This document shows positions 41,227 to 52,295 of a stretch of DNA of 64,000 nucleotides, one piece after another; within the stretch, counting starts at the first letter, position 1, and each line of letters starts with the position of its first letter. The translations under genes and the position numbers were made by a program. Under the pieces are notes generated by a model. The model was not told where the DNA came from. It worked only from the letters and a program-made list of their open reading frames with translations, and made no database searches. The DNA lies in contig OZ037838.1 in assembly GCA_964035575.1 (NCBI GenBank), positions 930,001 through 994,000 on the forward strand, in the 5' to 3' direction. Origin of the DNA: Rhynchopus sp. YZ270_cl-10. Lineage: Eukaryota.

Positions 41227-43088
41227 AGCTTCTGCTCGTGTCGTTTGTGTCAATCCGTTGATGTTGTCGGAGAGACACTTGAGGGGTTTGGGTCCGGGGT
41301 TAGGGAGCGTGGAGTGTATCCCAGTTGTGGAGGTGGCAGAGACCTCTTGAGAAGGGGTCTTTGCTGTCATCACAGTGTCTTGGTTGGTGGTGACGGTGAG
41401 CTGTGCCGTCACGCTATCTGCTGCTTCAGTTCCACCAGCTGTCGCAGAAGGTCGAGGTTCTGCCTCTGCAGCTCCTCCCTCGACTCCTCTCCCTCGGCTG
41501 CAGTGGTCGTGTTGCTGCTATTTTGTTTGTGCAATGAACGAAGCAACTTTACTTACCTACCGATCCTACTATTTCTTTTGCCCCCTTTTTTCCGGCTTGC
41601 ATTGCCGTTTCGCCTCAGGCTTGGCGCTGTCGGGTGTGGCCGGGCCCGCCCTCTTCCTGCTTCTGAATCGGTGACCAGGCTGGGCCTGGCAAGCCATCAC
41701 CGGCTTCCCTTGATGACACATGCGTCTTTGGGGACGGGTGTCATGATGTTAACTTAACGCACCAGGTCTTCCCAGTGCTCGGCACGGTCTGCGTTGCGCA
41801 CGCGAGGCCGCTGTTGTTAAGTGCGGCGACAAAGTCCGCGGTTGGGTGGTCTTTGGGCCCGCATGAGGAGCGACTTCTGGCAGCGCATGCGCTGCGTTCC
41901 TGGACGGGGCGTACGACAAGCCCAAAATATTTGGGTGAGGCGATCATCACCCTCCCGTGATGCAGCAATGCTGCTTCACGAGCCTTGAGGCTGTGCTCCG
42001 GCTCAGCCACACCACCCTCTCGCGTGAGGCTGTCTGCGGCCTCATCCTCAGCACGCCGTCGAAGCCCGATACGCGACGGAGGTCGGTGTCGGGGTGCACC
42101 TCCACGAGCAGTCGCATCAGCAGGCGGGTGTTCTTGCAATCGCGTGCTGCAGTCACGGAGGTATCCACGATGTGCTTTCGCAAGCCATTTGCGTGCGGTC
42201 TTCTCGGGGGTCTTCTGCCAGGCGGGGTGGTCGCTAGCGTCCTTTAACACCGCTCGCATCATCTGTGGTGTAGCCACCCAGGTGCATCGACCTGAGTATG
42301 TTGGAGTGGAGTGCGGAGAGCGACTGTATATATGGCGATGTAGGTGCCTGCCTGGCGCACATGATGAAGGTGCTGGTGGGGGGAGGCCCAGGAGGGGCTG
42401 CTGCCGTAGAGGGACTCCATCATCACGACAGCGACCGAGGGTCTATCCCTGGAGTTGGGGTGGGTCTGGATGGTTGTAGGCCGTCGCCTTATCCAGTATG
42501 GCGACGGCTCCTTCTCTCGGCACGTCTCCCGTGCGCAGCTGCTCTCATAGCTATACATTTCAAACATGCAAACCACATCAGGCGTTAACAACTGAGGACT
42601 GAAAGGAAATAAGCAACAAGACTCTGTCATTGTATCGCATCTAATGGCAAACAACAGTTTGCACTGTATAAACTGTGCAATGATATGCACAACATGACCT
42701 TTTACCTCCCCGGGCCCCATCTGGGACCCTCACCACCCCCCTGGTGTGTACATACCTGCCAGCACCAGCCCCCACAACCCACAAGAACCCACCAAAAGAG
42801 TCCACCTAGGGGGACTACATAGTCCCCCTAGGGGGACTCTTTGAGTCCCCCTTTAAGTCCCCCCCAAAGAGTAACTCCCCCCCGGGTAGACTCCACCGTG
42901 TATGGAGGTAGGGATGTTGTACACAAAATAAGTGGATGATACAACTTCCATTGTTATATTTTTTTTCTTTTTTCATTTTTCATTTGACGCAGATTCGTTT
43001 ATTTTTATTTTTTATTTTTGTTGGAAATTTGGTGAAAGGGTAGGGCGTATTTTTTTTTGAGCACAAGAAAAAGCAGATTTTACATCTA

Positions 43089-44490
43089 CAGTGTGACACA
43101 GAATTAATGGCCGATGAAGACATTTTATAAAAAAACGGCAAATTTTGACAAGGACATATTCAAAACACCCCCAAAACATAAAATATTTACGCCCAGGAAC
43201 ACAATAAAAGCAAAAATATAATGGTTAAGGGTAAAGTGAACACTGAGGCCACGAGGGAAGGGTTGCGCCTACAGGCAGCGTCGCTAGTCGTTGTTGGCGG
43301 TAAGAGCCATGATGAGGTGGCGGAGTTGCTGAACGTTGCGAAGAGGAGTTTGGGTAGGTGGGTGAAGGAGTACCGCGCTGGAGAGCGGAATTTTTCGGAC
43401 AAGCCAGGGAGGGGACGCAAGAGATCGGCCACCACCGACACCGTTAAGAATAGGGTGGTTAGACACATGCGGGGCAAGCGGTTTCAGTCTTGCAAGAAAG
43501 TAGCGTCGCGACTACAGATTTCGAGGGAGAGTGTCCGCAGGTGCCTGAAGGAGAAGGGGCTGAAGCCCGTTCAAACGAAGAGCAAACCAAAGCTCTCGGA
43601 AAAGAACATCACTGCCCGGATAGAGTTTGCTGAAACGCATCGAAACACCGACTGGTCAAAGGTGATGTTCACCGATGAAAAAGACTTTTGGCTTTTTTCT
43701 CGGGTGAGCAAGAAGAACGATGTTGTCTGGGTTGCAGATGGTGATGAGCCGCCCCCAACCGTTGATAAGGTCAGGGCTACGCAGAAGGTTCGTCTGGGGA
43801 GGAATCACCACCAGAGGTAAGACGAAGCTCTATTTCTATGACGGTGCTCTCAATGCAGAGAAGTACCGTACGCTCGTCTTACAGAAAGCGCTCAAAGAAA
43901 TAAAAGAACTCCTGCCTGACAGTAGCTACACGTTTCAGCAGGATGGGGCACCCTGCCACACTGCGAACGTTACTCAAGCATTCCTCTCCTCCCAACCTTT
44001 CTCGTTCCTCCCTAAAGCTGACTGGCCAGGCAACTCCCCTGATCTCAATCCTATTGAGAACCTGTGGGCCAAGCTGCAGACTGCAGTCAACGAACGGGAG
44101 CCCAAAGACGTGTCAGCACTTAAACGTGCCATCAACAAGGAATGGTCCAAGATGGACAATAGCTTCGTTGCACGTTACATCATGTCAATGCCACGACGCC
44201 TAGACGCAGTTCGCAATTCCAACGGAATGCACACAAAATACTAATGCATGCTCTATTTATTTTTGTGCACCCACTCGTTTGTACTGCTACACTGTATTTT
44301 TTTTTTTTACACATACACCCTTTTTTACCAAAAAGGGATATTTCCATGTTAATATTTTCCCCACACACACACTTTTCATACACGGCCAGTTGAAAATGCA
44401 ATGAAATGAGTCAAATTTTGCCTATTTTTTAGAATAATATAACAATTTTTACAAAATGTCGTCATCGGCCATTAATTCTGTGTCACACTG
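43089..44490 (+). mobile_element. Tc1/mariner (IS630-Tc1-mariner) element, DD37E
   Basis: TA|CAGTGTGACACAGAATTAATGGCCGATGA...TCATCGGCCATTAATTCTGTGTCACACTG|TA. Confidence 0.95.
43221..44244 (+). pseudogene. Tc1-like transposase with a single frameshift at ~43788
   Basis: HTH and GRGRK, FTDEK, FVWGGI, FQQDGAPCH and WPGNSPDLNPIENLW, split over ORFs 43221-43820 and 43720-44244. Confidence 0.9.
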
Positions 44491-46916
44491 TATTGGCTCG
44501 GAACAAGAGTTCGAATGGGATCAACGCTTTTTTTATGCGTAACTCGGTACACCCACTTGTTCACTATGTTCGGAAATTAGTGCAGTGAGGTTTTTTTTTT
44601 TTTTTTTTTTTTTTTGGAAAACCCCCCTTCATTTTACTAGTGTTGACACTGATGATGTGTTCCGGCTATTACCTTTGGGAGAGCACCACTTTTTGTTAAG
44701 AGCAATACCAGAACGGAAACGTCCTTCTTGTTCGCCATTGGAATAGGGTGATGCGTTCATTGTCGGGAGTGACAAAAAACCATCATCTTTTTTTTTATTT
44801 TATTTTTTTGGTGCATTCATCCGGGAGCCGGTATCGTACAGTGGGTCAGTCAGAAGGTGGCTGCATTTTTTTTTTTTTCCCCCTTCTCCTTTTTCCCACA
44901 CTATTTTTCAAGGTTTCACTCCCCCCCCTCTTGCACCCCTATCTGTGCACGAGACACGACGGATTAATCAGGGGTACTACTAGTGTTACCTAGTCGTAAC
45001 GACTGCTAAAACTGTAGCATTTCACTGGTAGTCGTAAAGCACTACTCTCTATTTTGTCATTTGGACTGGTAGCACATATTAGTGACCCCCTTGACTAGCC
45101 CGCCATGAGGCACATTCGTCTTTTCACCCTTTCTTTGGTTGCTGTTGTATTTGTGTGTTTTTACTTCCCTCGATGATATAACAAAAACCATCGTGCTCAC
45201 ATTGAAACGCACCCCTAAGGAAAAAAAACCTCACTGTCCCTCCCCCCCGGGACCCGCCCCGACCCCCCCCCCCCCCCCACATGCCAGCGAAAGATACATG
45301 ATGACAACCGTGCCAAGCGACGGTGTCCTGTTCCCTCCCCTTTTCCCTCACAACAACCCCCCTTCCCTCTCAGTACTGCTCTCCTTTTAGCTTCGGTCGT
45401 TTGCTCCTTTATTGGGCTGCGTTTTGTTCTTCTTTTTGTGGTGGAGAAATATGTGCAAGTGACACATCCATTTTCCAAAAAAACAAATTGGGGATGGGTC
45501 CCACTCAAATAGTAACATATCCTAAATATTGGGGTAAATATCTGGGGACAAACCAGCAAAAAAAAAATAAAATAAGAAAGAGAAAAAAAAGGCAAGAACA
45601 GGTTGTGTATGTGTGTGATTGGTTGATCGGAGTAAGAAAAAAAACAGACAGTGGAGATTGCACAAACTGTGGCAACACAACCGAGGCAACTACACCTACT
45701 CCAACAATTTATCAAAAAAAAAAAACATGATAGTGAGAAGATTGACTGGCAGCTCCACTTTAACACATTTCACAGATTACTCAACGACTCAAAAATGTGT
45801 TGTGGCCATCTTTTACCAAACCCCCTTTTTTTTATAGAAATGTGTGCACACAGGGAGGCGCAATATTTTTTTTTTTGAAGTTTTTTTTTTTTGTGACAAC
45901 ATAACTGCTTTTGTGGCTGTGCTCTTACAAGCCCTTTAAAACAAAGCTCGAAACAAGAACAGGGAAACTGTCCCCCACTGCCTTGAGTGGTGTGGAACCC
46001 CGCCACGTAGGCCAACAAGAAAACGTGGTCAGAGGCAGTACCAGGGTCAAGGTGTATGCACTAAACCTGCTTGCACTGTGCGCTATTCGTAAAAAAAATT
46101 CGATACCCTGAACGGAGATTTGAGTCAATAATGTTTTGACAGTATTTTGGTGTTTTTTCTGACCTTTTTTTTCTGATCGTTAAAATACATTAGAAAATAC
46201 GACAAAAATACGCAAATACATCACACATCAGGGAAGAGGGCTGCTGGACGCCCGAAGTATCCACCTCTTCCTCTCCTTTACGACGTTTGCTGTACACAGC
46301 TCTGTTCAATCTTCCCCCCCCTTTTTCTGTTTTTTTCTCTTCTTTTTTTTCCCTTTTTTTTTTTTTTTTTTTGCTATTTTTTTAATGACTTAGCAGTGCC
46401 TTGGGGTCATCTAGTCTTTTATTTTTTTCGTTTTTTTTTCCCCTTCCTTTCTTGCATCTACTATGCCAATGAAGTGCTCTCTGGGGGGTTCGATAACCCT
46501 CCCCGCGGATACAGCAGTGCCCTGCGTCCTCCGAAGAACCGGTGGGACGTTTTCGCACTTTTTCAACCCCCCATCCGCCCCCTCTTTTCTTCCTGATATA
46601 AAGAGGTTATGTGGCCTGACGAGCGGTTGAACCGCCGTTCTCTTACGGTGCGGATCACTCACGTCTGACCTTTCGCATGAGCACGACCGAGCTGCGTTTT
46701 TTTTTTTTTTTAAAAGCACGTTTCAACCACTCTTTCTGATTTCTGCTTCCATGGAGGCAAGCCCTTTTCTTTCCCGTTTTTTCGAAAAAAAAAAATATTA
46801 TTTTTCTTCCCCCTGGGGATGGATGCTATCAGAATGCAATAGAAAGAGAGAGGTTCGCGATACAAAAGAGGACACACTGCGTACGGCAAATGCCCAGAGT
46901 CACATCACATTGACCC

Positions 46917-49900
46917 ATGGAACTGCCTGTCATCGTGTGTGTCCATGCAACCTCTCCAACCATCCCCGCAAGGGGGACTACCATGCATTCCTCCCCCCTT
47001 CCCCAAAAATATGGAATTTTGATGACAAAAACAAAGGTATTTTTTTTTGGCTGGCAACAACCACAGTCCATTTGTCCAGGAAGGTATGGTGGTGTACACA
47101 TGGGGGACTATGGAGGAGTCTTCGTGCCGACGAGTGTGAGTAGTGTGCAGCTCCCATCTACACCGATACCGGGGCAGAGGGTTGGGGTGCGGCGTGTGCA
47201 GGAGACGCATGTACGGCATGGTCACGATGTGTACTCTCTAGCGACACCGGCAGTGTCGTGTGTGACGAGTGATGCAGGGCAGGAGGTGTTCACCCCGCAG
47301 GCAGGGCGTGGTGCACCTGAGCGCAGTGCGGTGGTGCAAGTGTCAGAGGCAGGCTCGTTGCTGGAAGAGAACCACCGCCTGCGGGCGTACCTGCAGGAGA
47401 CAGAGGAGACGGTCAGGGATGTGCGGCGGACGGTGCGGTTGCAGCAGCAGCAGCAACAACAACAACAACAACAGCTGCAGCAGCAGCAGATCGCACACCC
47501 CCGCCACGTGGAGGCGCGTGTGGCAGACTACGAGTCCCGTCTGTCGCGTCTGCAGAGCGCAAGCACCGCGCTCGCAGCAGCATCCGCACCACCATCACCC
47601 CAGCGCAGCCCTGCCACCGAACCAGAGGTCATCGTCAGGTATACCCCCTTTTTCAGCTGTCCTCACGAGAGGCACATTCAGTTAAGCCCACCCCTTTTAC
47701 ATGAATTGAAATCCCACCACTGCAAACCCTTTCTGCTTTACGCCCCCACTTTACTCCGTTTGTTAAAAGCCGCAATCACTCCTTCTGCGCAACTTCACAC
47801 CCCATCCATAAAGCCACACCACCAACCCTACAGACTCCGCGAACGCTGTGCAAAGCTGAACGCAGAGTGCACCCGCCTAGCCTCAGGCGGGAGTGTGCTG
47901 GAGGGCCAGCTGGACGACGCCTTGCGGGAAAGGGTACGGGAGAGGTCAACCGCAGAAGCGAGGATAGCGGAACTGGAGGCGGAGGTGGCCCGCTTGCAGG
48001 CAGACGCAGATGCAACGGCAGCTATACGACGCGAGGTGGAAAGCGAGCGGCAGCGACAGGCCGACACGAACACAGCACACAACGACGCAACCGCAGCACT
48101 GCTCACCCAGATCTCCACCTTGGAGCACACCCACCGCACAGCATCCTTGGAACACACACAGACTGTCGACACCCTCAAGGCTGAACTCTGCGAGGTCGCC
48201 AACGCACTTTCCGTATCACATCGCATCAGCGCCCAACGCAGCACACATGCAGATGATGAAGCACACCGTGCAGCAACACTACACCAAACCCTTACCGACC
48301 GTCTCACATCCACACAAAGGGAGCTGGAGGCAGCGCGCGAGGAGCTCCGTGGTAGGTCAAGCGACGCAGAGGCAGAATTAGAGCTTGTTTCATCTATGAA
48401 CAACGAGCTTGCGTCGCGTCTGGAGGATGCGGAAGGACAGCTTGCGGGGAAGCGGGAGGAAGTGGCCGCGTTGTCGAGCGCTTTGGCGGGAGGTGGGAAC
48501 AAGGCTGCGAAGGAGATTGCGGCGTTGCATGAATCGTTGAGGGAGGTGGAGATGCTGAACGCAGGGCTTGCAGAGCGGTTGGAGCACGCTGATGCGGGGA
48601 CAGCGGAGCGGACTGCGCTGCGTAAGGAGATGCACGACACTGCGCAACGCGACGCCTCTGCCAGGGCTGATGCGGAGCTGGTAGCAGCACAGCTCGGTGC
48701 CCGCCTGCGTGCCTCAGAAGAGCAACGCCTGCAGCTCACCATGGACAATGCGACCATGGCAAACAATCTTGCTGCGTTGGGCGACGCTGCGCACACAGAC
48801 GAGCTCACGACCCTCGAAGCGCAGGTGGCAGAGATGCAGGAACGTCTCGCCGCAACCACCGCAAAGGAGCACAGCCTCGCAACAGAGCGTGACACCCTCC
48901 ACACCCACGTAGGCGACCTCCAAGAGGCCAACGCAGAGCTCGAAGCCATGAACGACGAGCTCCTCACAAAGCTCGAGGCAATCACAGCAGACCGTGTCCC
49001 CGAGCCGGCCTCCCCAACAGCACCGTCCCCTGGCAACGAGACCACAGTTCTGGACGAAATGAATCGGGAGCTGTCGGCGCGCCTTGAACAGATGGAGGCT
49101 ACACATGCCAGCGAAATCGCAATATTTTCGACCAAATTGCAGGACCTACAATCTGTCAACCGCAGCCTCACACAAGAATTAGATTCAATCACGAAATACG
49201 AAGAACAGCTCCACCAGCTCCGCGAGCACGCCGACAGAACCGAAAGCAACAACGAAGACCTCATGCGCAAACTGCAAACCCTTCAAACCGAACGCGACCA
49301 GGCAGACGCAGAAACACTGAGCACAGGCAAAGCCTTAGAAGAGGCTGCCAACGCCACACTCAAACACGACAAACTCACCACTTCCCTGAAGGCGAAACTC
49401 GCACAGCTCGGCATAGAAAACCTTGAGCTCGTCAACACCGTACGCGTCCTGGAGGCTGACTGCCCCCCTCCTGGCACCGTCGAAAACCTTCGCACCGAAA
49501 ACGAACGTCTCCTCACCCAATCAACCCAAGCAGGGAAGGACAACGAGGTCATCCTGGACGAGCTCCAACGCCTCGAACAACACACCGAGGAGCTTGAGGA
49601 GGGTCTGGCTGCGGCTGAGGAGCGGGCCTCCACTGCCATCGCCGCGCATCAGAAGGACGCAGAAACACTGCAAAGTCTACGCCATGAAGTCAACACCCTC
49701 AGCGACCAGCTGGCCCTCAAAAAGGCGACTGCAGGCGAAGTAGAAAGCCTTCTGCAAACGAATGACACACTATCCACCAATCTCCAGCAGCTTGGTGCCG
49801 ATAACAAAGAGCTTCTCGAAACTATAGAATCTGTTCGTTCTGCAGAGCAGAATGCACAACAAAACATCAACAGGCTTGAGGCTGAATGCAAACAACTCTT

Positions 49901-51260
49901 TGAAACAACAGAGGCTGATGTGCTTGAACACCGTAGACTTGAACGGCTTATTACCGAACTTCAATCAGAGCTTCAACGAAAGAAGGATGTCGCCACAGAA
50001 GAAATCACAGAACAGGATGCGGCAGAAGCCACGAATTCCGCTTTGACAGAACACATTGCAGAACTAAAAGAAGAAAACACCCGATTGCGTGCCTCACAGC
50101 ACGACAATACCGCAGAGGTGGAGCTTGCTATTCAGGTCGCAAACCTCACCGAACGCCTTGCAGACGCAGAGACGCAACACAACACAGCACAGTCCAGTAT
50201 CACCTCCCTTGAGGACCAGCACCTAAACAACACAACCCTGATTGACACTCTTCGAGAAAACGCGGCACATTCTGATGCACTGCGTACTAAAAACGACGCA
50301 CTTCAGGCCCAAATCCTCCAGCTTGCGCAAGACAATGAAGAGCTCCTCGACGCTATGGATGCCGCAAAGAAGGATGACGATCCTTCCATGATTTCTTCCT
50401 TAGAAAAATCTAACGCGATTTTAAAGGACCGAGCAGAGGCTGCAGAAGGGCGTGCCGAGCGTTTAGAGACGGAGGCAAAACGGAAGCCTGCTACCCCACC
50501 TATTTTGCCTAGCCCTGATTTGGAGGCGCATTTTAAGAATACAGAATTGTTGACGCAGATTCGTTTGCTAGAAAGAGAGAACGTTGCGTTGAAGGAATCA
50601 ATGCAAAGAGCGTCGACGTCGTCTGAAGAGGACCTGATAATGCTCAGAGAAGAACGAAAAGAGTTGGAAGAACGTTTGGACAGAGCAGAGTCGAGGGTGG
50701 AGGAGTTAGAGGACAATCACAAGCAGTTGTCCTTTGCGACGACCGACCAGGTTTCGATGAAGAGGTTGCATTCGGCAGCGAGAACGTCGCTTTTTGTAGA
50801 TCATGATGACCTGCCTGGTAGGGCTACGCCACATACAGCGCTTCATGACACCATCGCATCTAATACGAGCTTGCAAAGCACCACCAGCGTGACCTCCTCG
50901 CAACTCTTCCTCTGCTCCCCTCAGGAGCTTTTTGCGAAGGATGTTGAGGTTCGGAAAAGCGCGAATTACTGTCGTACACTGCTGCTCGATATGCAGGAAT
51001 TGCATACAGTAGTTCACGGCCAGCCAGCTGCAGGGCAAAATAAGGTGTTGGATATGATTGCAAGCTGGATCCCTGATGCATTGCAAGACGTCCCCGAAGG
51101 AGTGGGTGTGGATGATGTGCCCGCGTGCTATGGAACACTGAACGACGAAGAGCTTGTGGACGCGCTGACCCTCTCCTCAGACCATCTCCACCGCCTCGCA
51201 GAACTGTCACAGCAAATTAGCGCGCAGATGCAAGGTCTCCATCAGCTGCAGATGCATTGA
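46917..51260 (+). CDS. Long coiled-coil protein (start uncertain; probable in-frame intron 47639-47833)
   Basis: Heptad-rich E/L/A/Q sequence with polyQ at ~47442-47489. An AT/C-rich 195-nt GT(ATAC)...CAG segment interrupts the coiled coil. Confidence 0.75.
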   Translation: MELPVIVCVHATSPTIPARGTTMHSSPLPQKYGILMTKTKVFFFGWQQPQSICPGRYGGVHMGDYGGVFVPTSVSSVQLPSTPIPGQRVGVRRVQETHVRHGHDVYSLATPAVSCVTSDAGQEVFTPQAGRGAPERSAVVQVSEAGSLLEENHRLRAYLQETEETVRDVRRTVRLQQQQQQQQQQQLQQQQIAHPRHVEARVADYESRLSRLQSASTALAAASAPPSPQRSPATEPEVIVRYTPFFSCPHERHIQLSPPLLHELKSHHCKPFLLYAPTLLRLLKAAITPSAQLHTPSIKPHHQPYRLRERCAKLNAECTRLASGGSVLEGQLDDALRERVRERSTAEARIAELEAEVARLQADADATAAIRREVESERQRQADTNTAHNDATAALLTQISTLEHTHRTASLEHTQTVDTLKAELCEVANALSVSHRISAQRSTHADDEAHRAATLHQTLTDRLTSTQRELEAAREELRGRSSDAEAELELVSSMNNELASRLEDAEGQLAGKREEVAALSSALAGGGNKAAKEIAALHESLREVEMLNAGLAERLEHADAGTAERTALRKEMHDTAQRDASARADAELVAAQLGARLRASEEQRLQLTMDNATMANNLAALGDAAHTDELTTLEAQVAEMQERLAATTAKEHSLATERDTLHTHVGDLQEANAELEAMNDELLTKLEAITADRVPEPASPTAPSPGNETTVLDEMNRELSARLEQMEATHASEIAIFSTKLQDLQSVNRSLTQELDSITKYEEQLHQLREHADRTESNNEDLMRKLQTLQTERDQADAETLSTGKALEEAANATLKHDKLTTSLKAKLAQLGIENLELVNTVRVLEADCPPPGTVENLRTENERLLTQSTQAGKDNEVILDELQRLEQHTEELEEGLAAAEERASTAIAAHQKDAETLQSLRHEVNTLSDQLALKKATAGEVESLLQTNDTLSTNLQQLGADNKELLETIESVRSAEQNAQQNINRLEAECKQLFETTEADVLEHRRLERLITELQSELQRKKDVATEEITEQDAAEATNSALTEHIAELKEENTRLRASQHDNTAEVELAIQVANLTERLADAETQHNTAQSSITSLEDQHLNNTTLIDTLRENAAHSDALRTKNDALQAQILQLAQDNEELLDAMDAAKKDDDPSMISSLEKSNAILKDRAEAAEGRAERLETEAKRKPATPPILPSPDLEAHFKNTELLTQIRLLERENVALKESMQRASTSSEEDLIMLREERKELEERLDRAESRVEELEDNHKQLSFATTDQVSMKRLHSAARTSLFVDHDDLPGRATPHTALHDTIASNTSLQSTTSVTSSQLFLCSPQELFAKDVEVRKSANYCRTLLLDMQELHTVVHGQPAAGQNKVLDMIASWIPDALQDVPEGVGVDDVPACYGTLNDEELVDALTLSSDHLHRLAELSQQISAQMQGLHQLQMH

Positions 51261-52295
51261 AAAAGGGGGAAAAAAGGGGGGAAAGTTGCAAAAACAAAAG
51301 GTATATGGTACGAGAGGCATTGATCTGCACAAAAATTTAAAAAGAAGGGAAAAAACGCCTTTATTTTTTTCTCAGTGGTTTCGTGGAGGCGTTTGTGGAC
51401 GCGTACAATGCAACAAACGGTCGAGATCTGATCAAGCGAAACGGAGATATGTTGAATTTTGTTGAATAGTTATAGATGAAAATCCGTCTGGGAGAAGTGT
51501 GCGAGGTTCAACGGGTTTGTGAGTTCCTAGCCCTGGGTGTTATTTTTGAGTGCCAAAATAAAAAAGGAAAAAAAAAATGTTGCAAAATATTTTACCCCCT
51601 TGACAACCCCCCTCAGATGATATAAATTCAAAGTTTGTTTATAGGTGTAGATATGTGCACTGCGAGACACCATCCGTCTTAGTCATATATGTTTATTTCA
51701 CGAGAGGTGCAGCCATCTTGCAGTTCTCTTTCTTTGACATAGTCGCTGCAAAAACAATTTTTTTCTCCTCTTTCCCCCTTTAGACCAACCCCCCGTCCCC
51801 TAGAGTACTGTAAGCAACCAAAAATAGAAGAAATAAAAACGGCTACTTTTTTTTTTGCCAACCTATCAACACAACAACAGACCAGCCAGTGGGCGCTACA
51901 TAGTGGTACTACTGTGTTCCGACTGGGTTGCTAAACTCTACCAAAAATGACCTATTCCGTAAAAAGTAGTCGTAAAACACTGGTCGTTGGGACTAATAGG
52001 ACTGCTGGAGTTGGATTCCTCTTGTTCGTAACAGTTCCAAGTTGGTACTTCATTGTAGACGCGCCCAGGGCAGTGTTAGCCGAGAATCAGAGGCCTGATT
52101 ATGCCGCCGTGAACAACCCCGTGCAAACTCTCCCTCCCCCTGGTTTTTGATTTTTCAACACTTTTTTCATCCCTCCTCCAGCATACCATTGTACACAACA
52201 CACCCCCCTCCCCCCGCTAACCTTTTCTAACTTCATTTCCTTCCCCTTTTTTCTTTCTCCTTCTGTCCCTTCTTCTTCTTCTTTTCCTTTTTAAA

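Larger units (their letters stand above)
39342..42900. mobile_element. Pack-type non-autonomous DNA transposon with ~310-bp TIRs and TA TSD
   Basis: TA|CACGGTGGAGTCTACCCGGG...CCCGGGTAGACTCCACCGTG|TA. Segment 39660-39905 is the reverse complement of 42589-42830. Cargo comprises LINE and host gene fragments. Confidence 0.85.

Noticed and set aside
47828..49270. 480-aa minus-strand ORF
   Set aside because: Antisense shadow of the coiled-coil gene (Ser/Arg/Ala-rich, no motifs)
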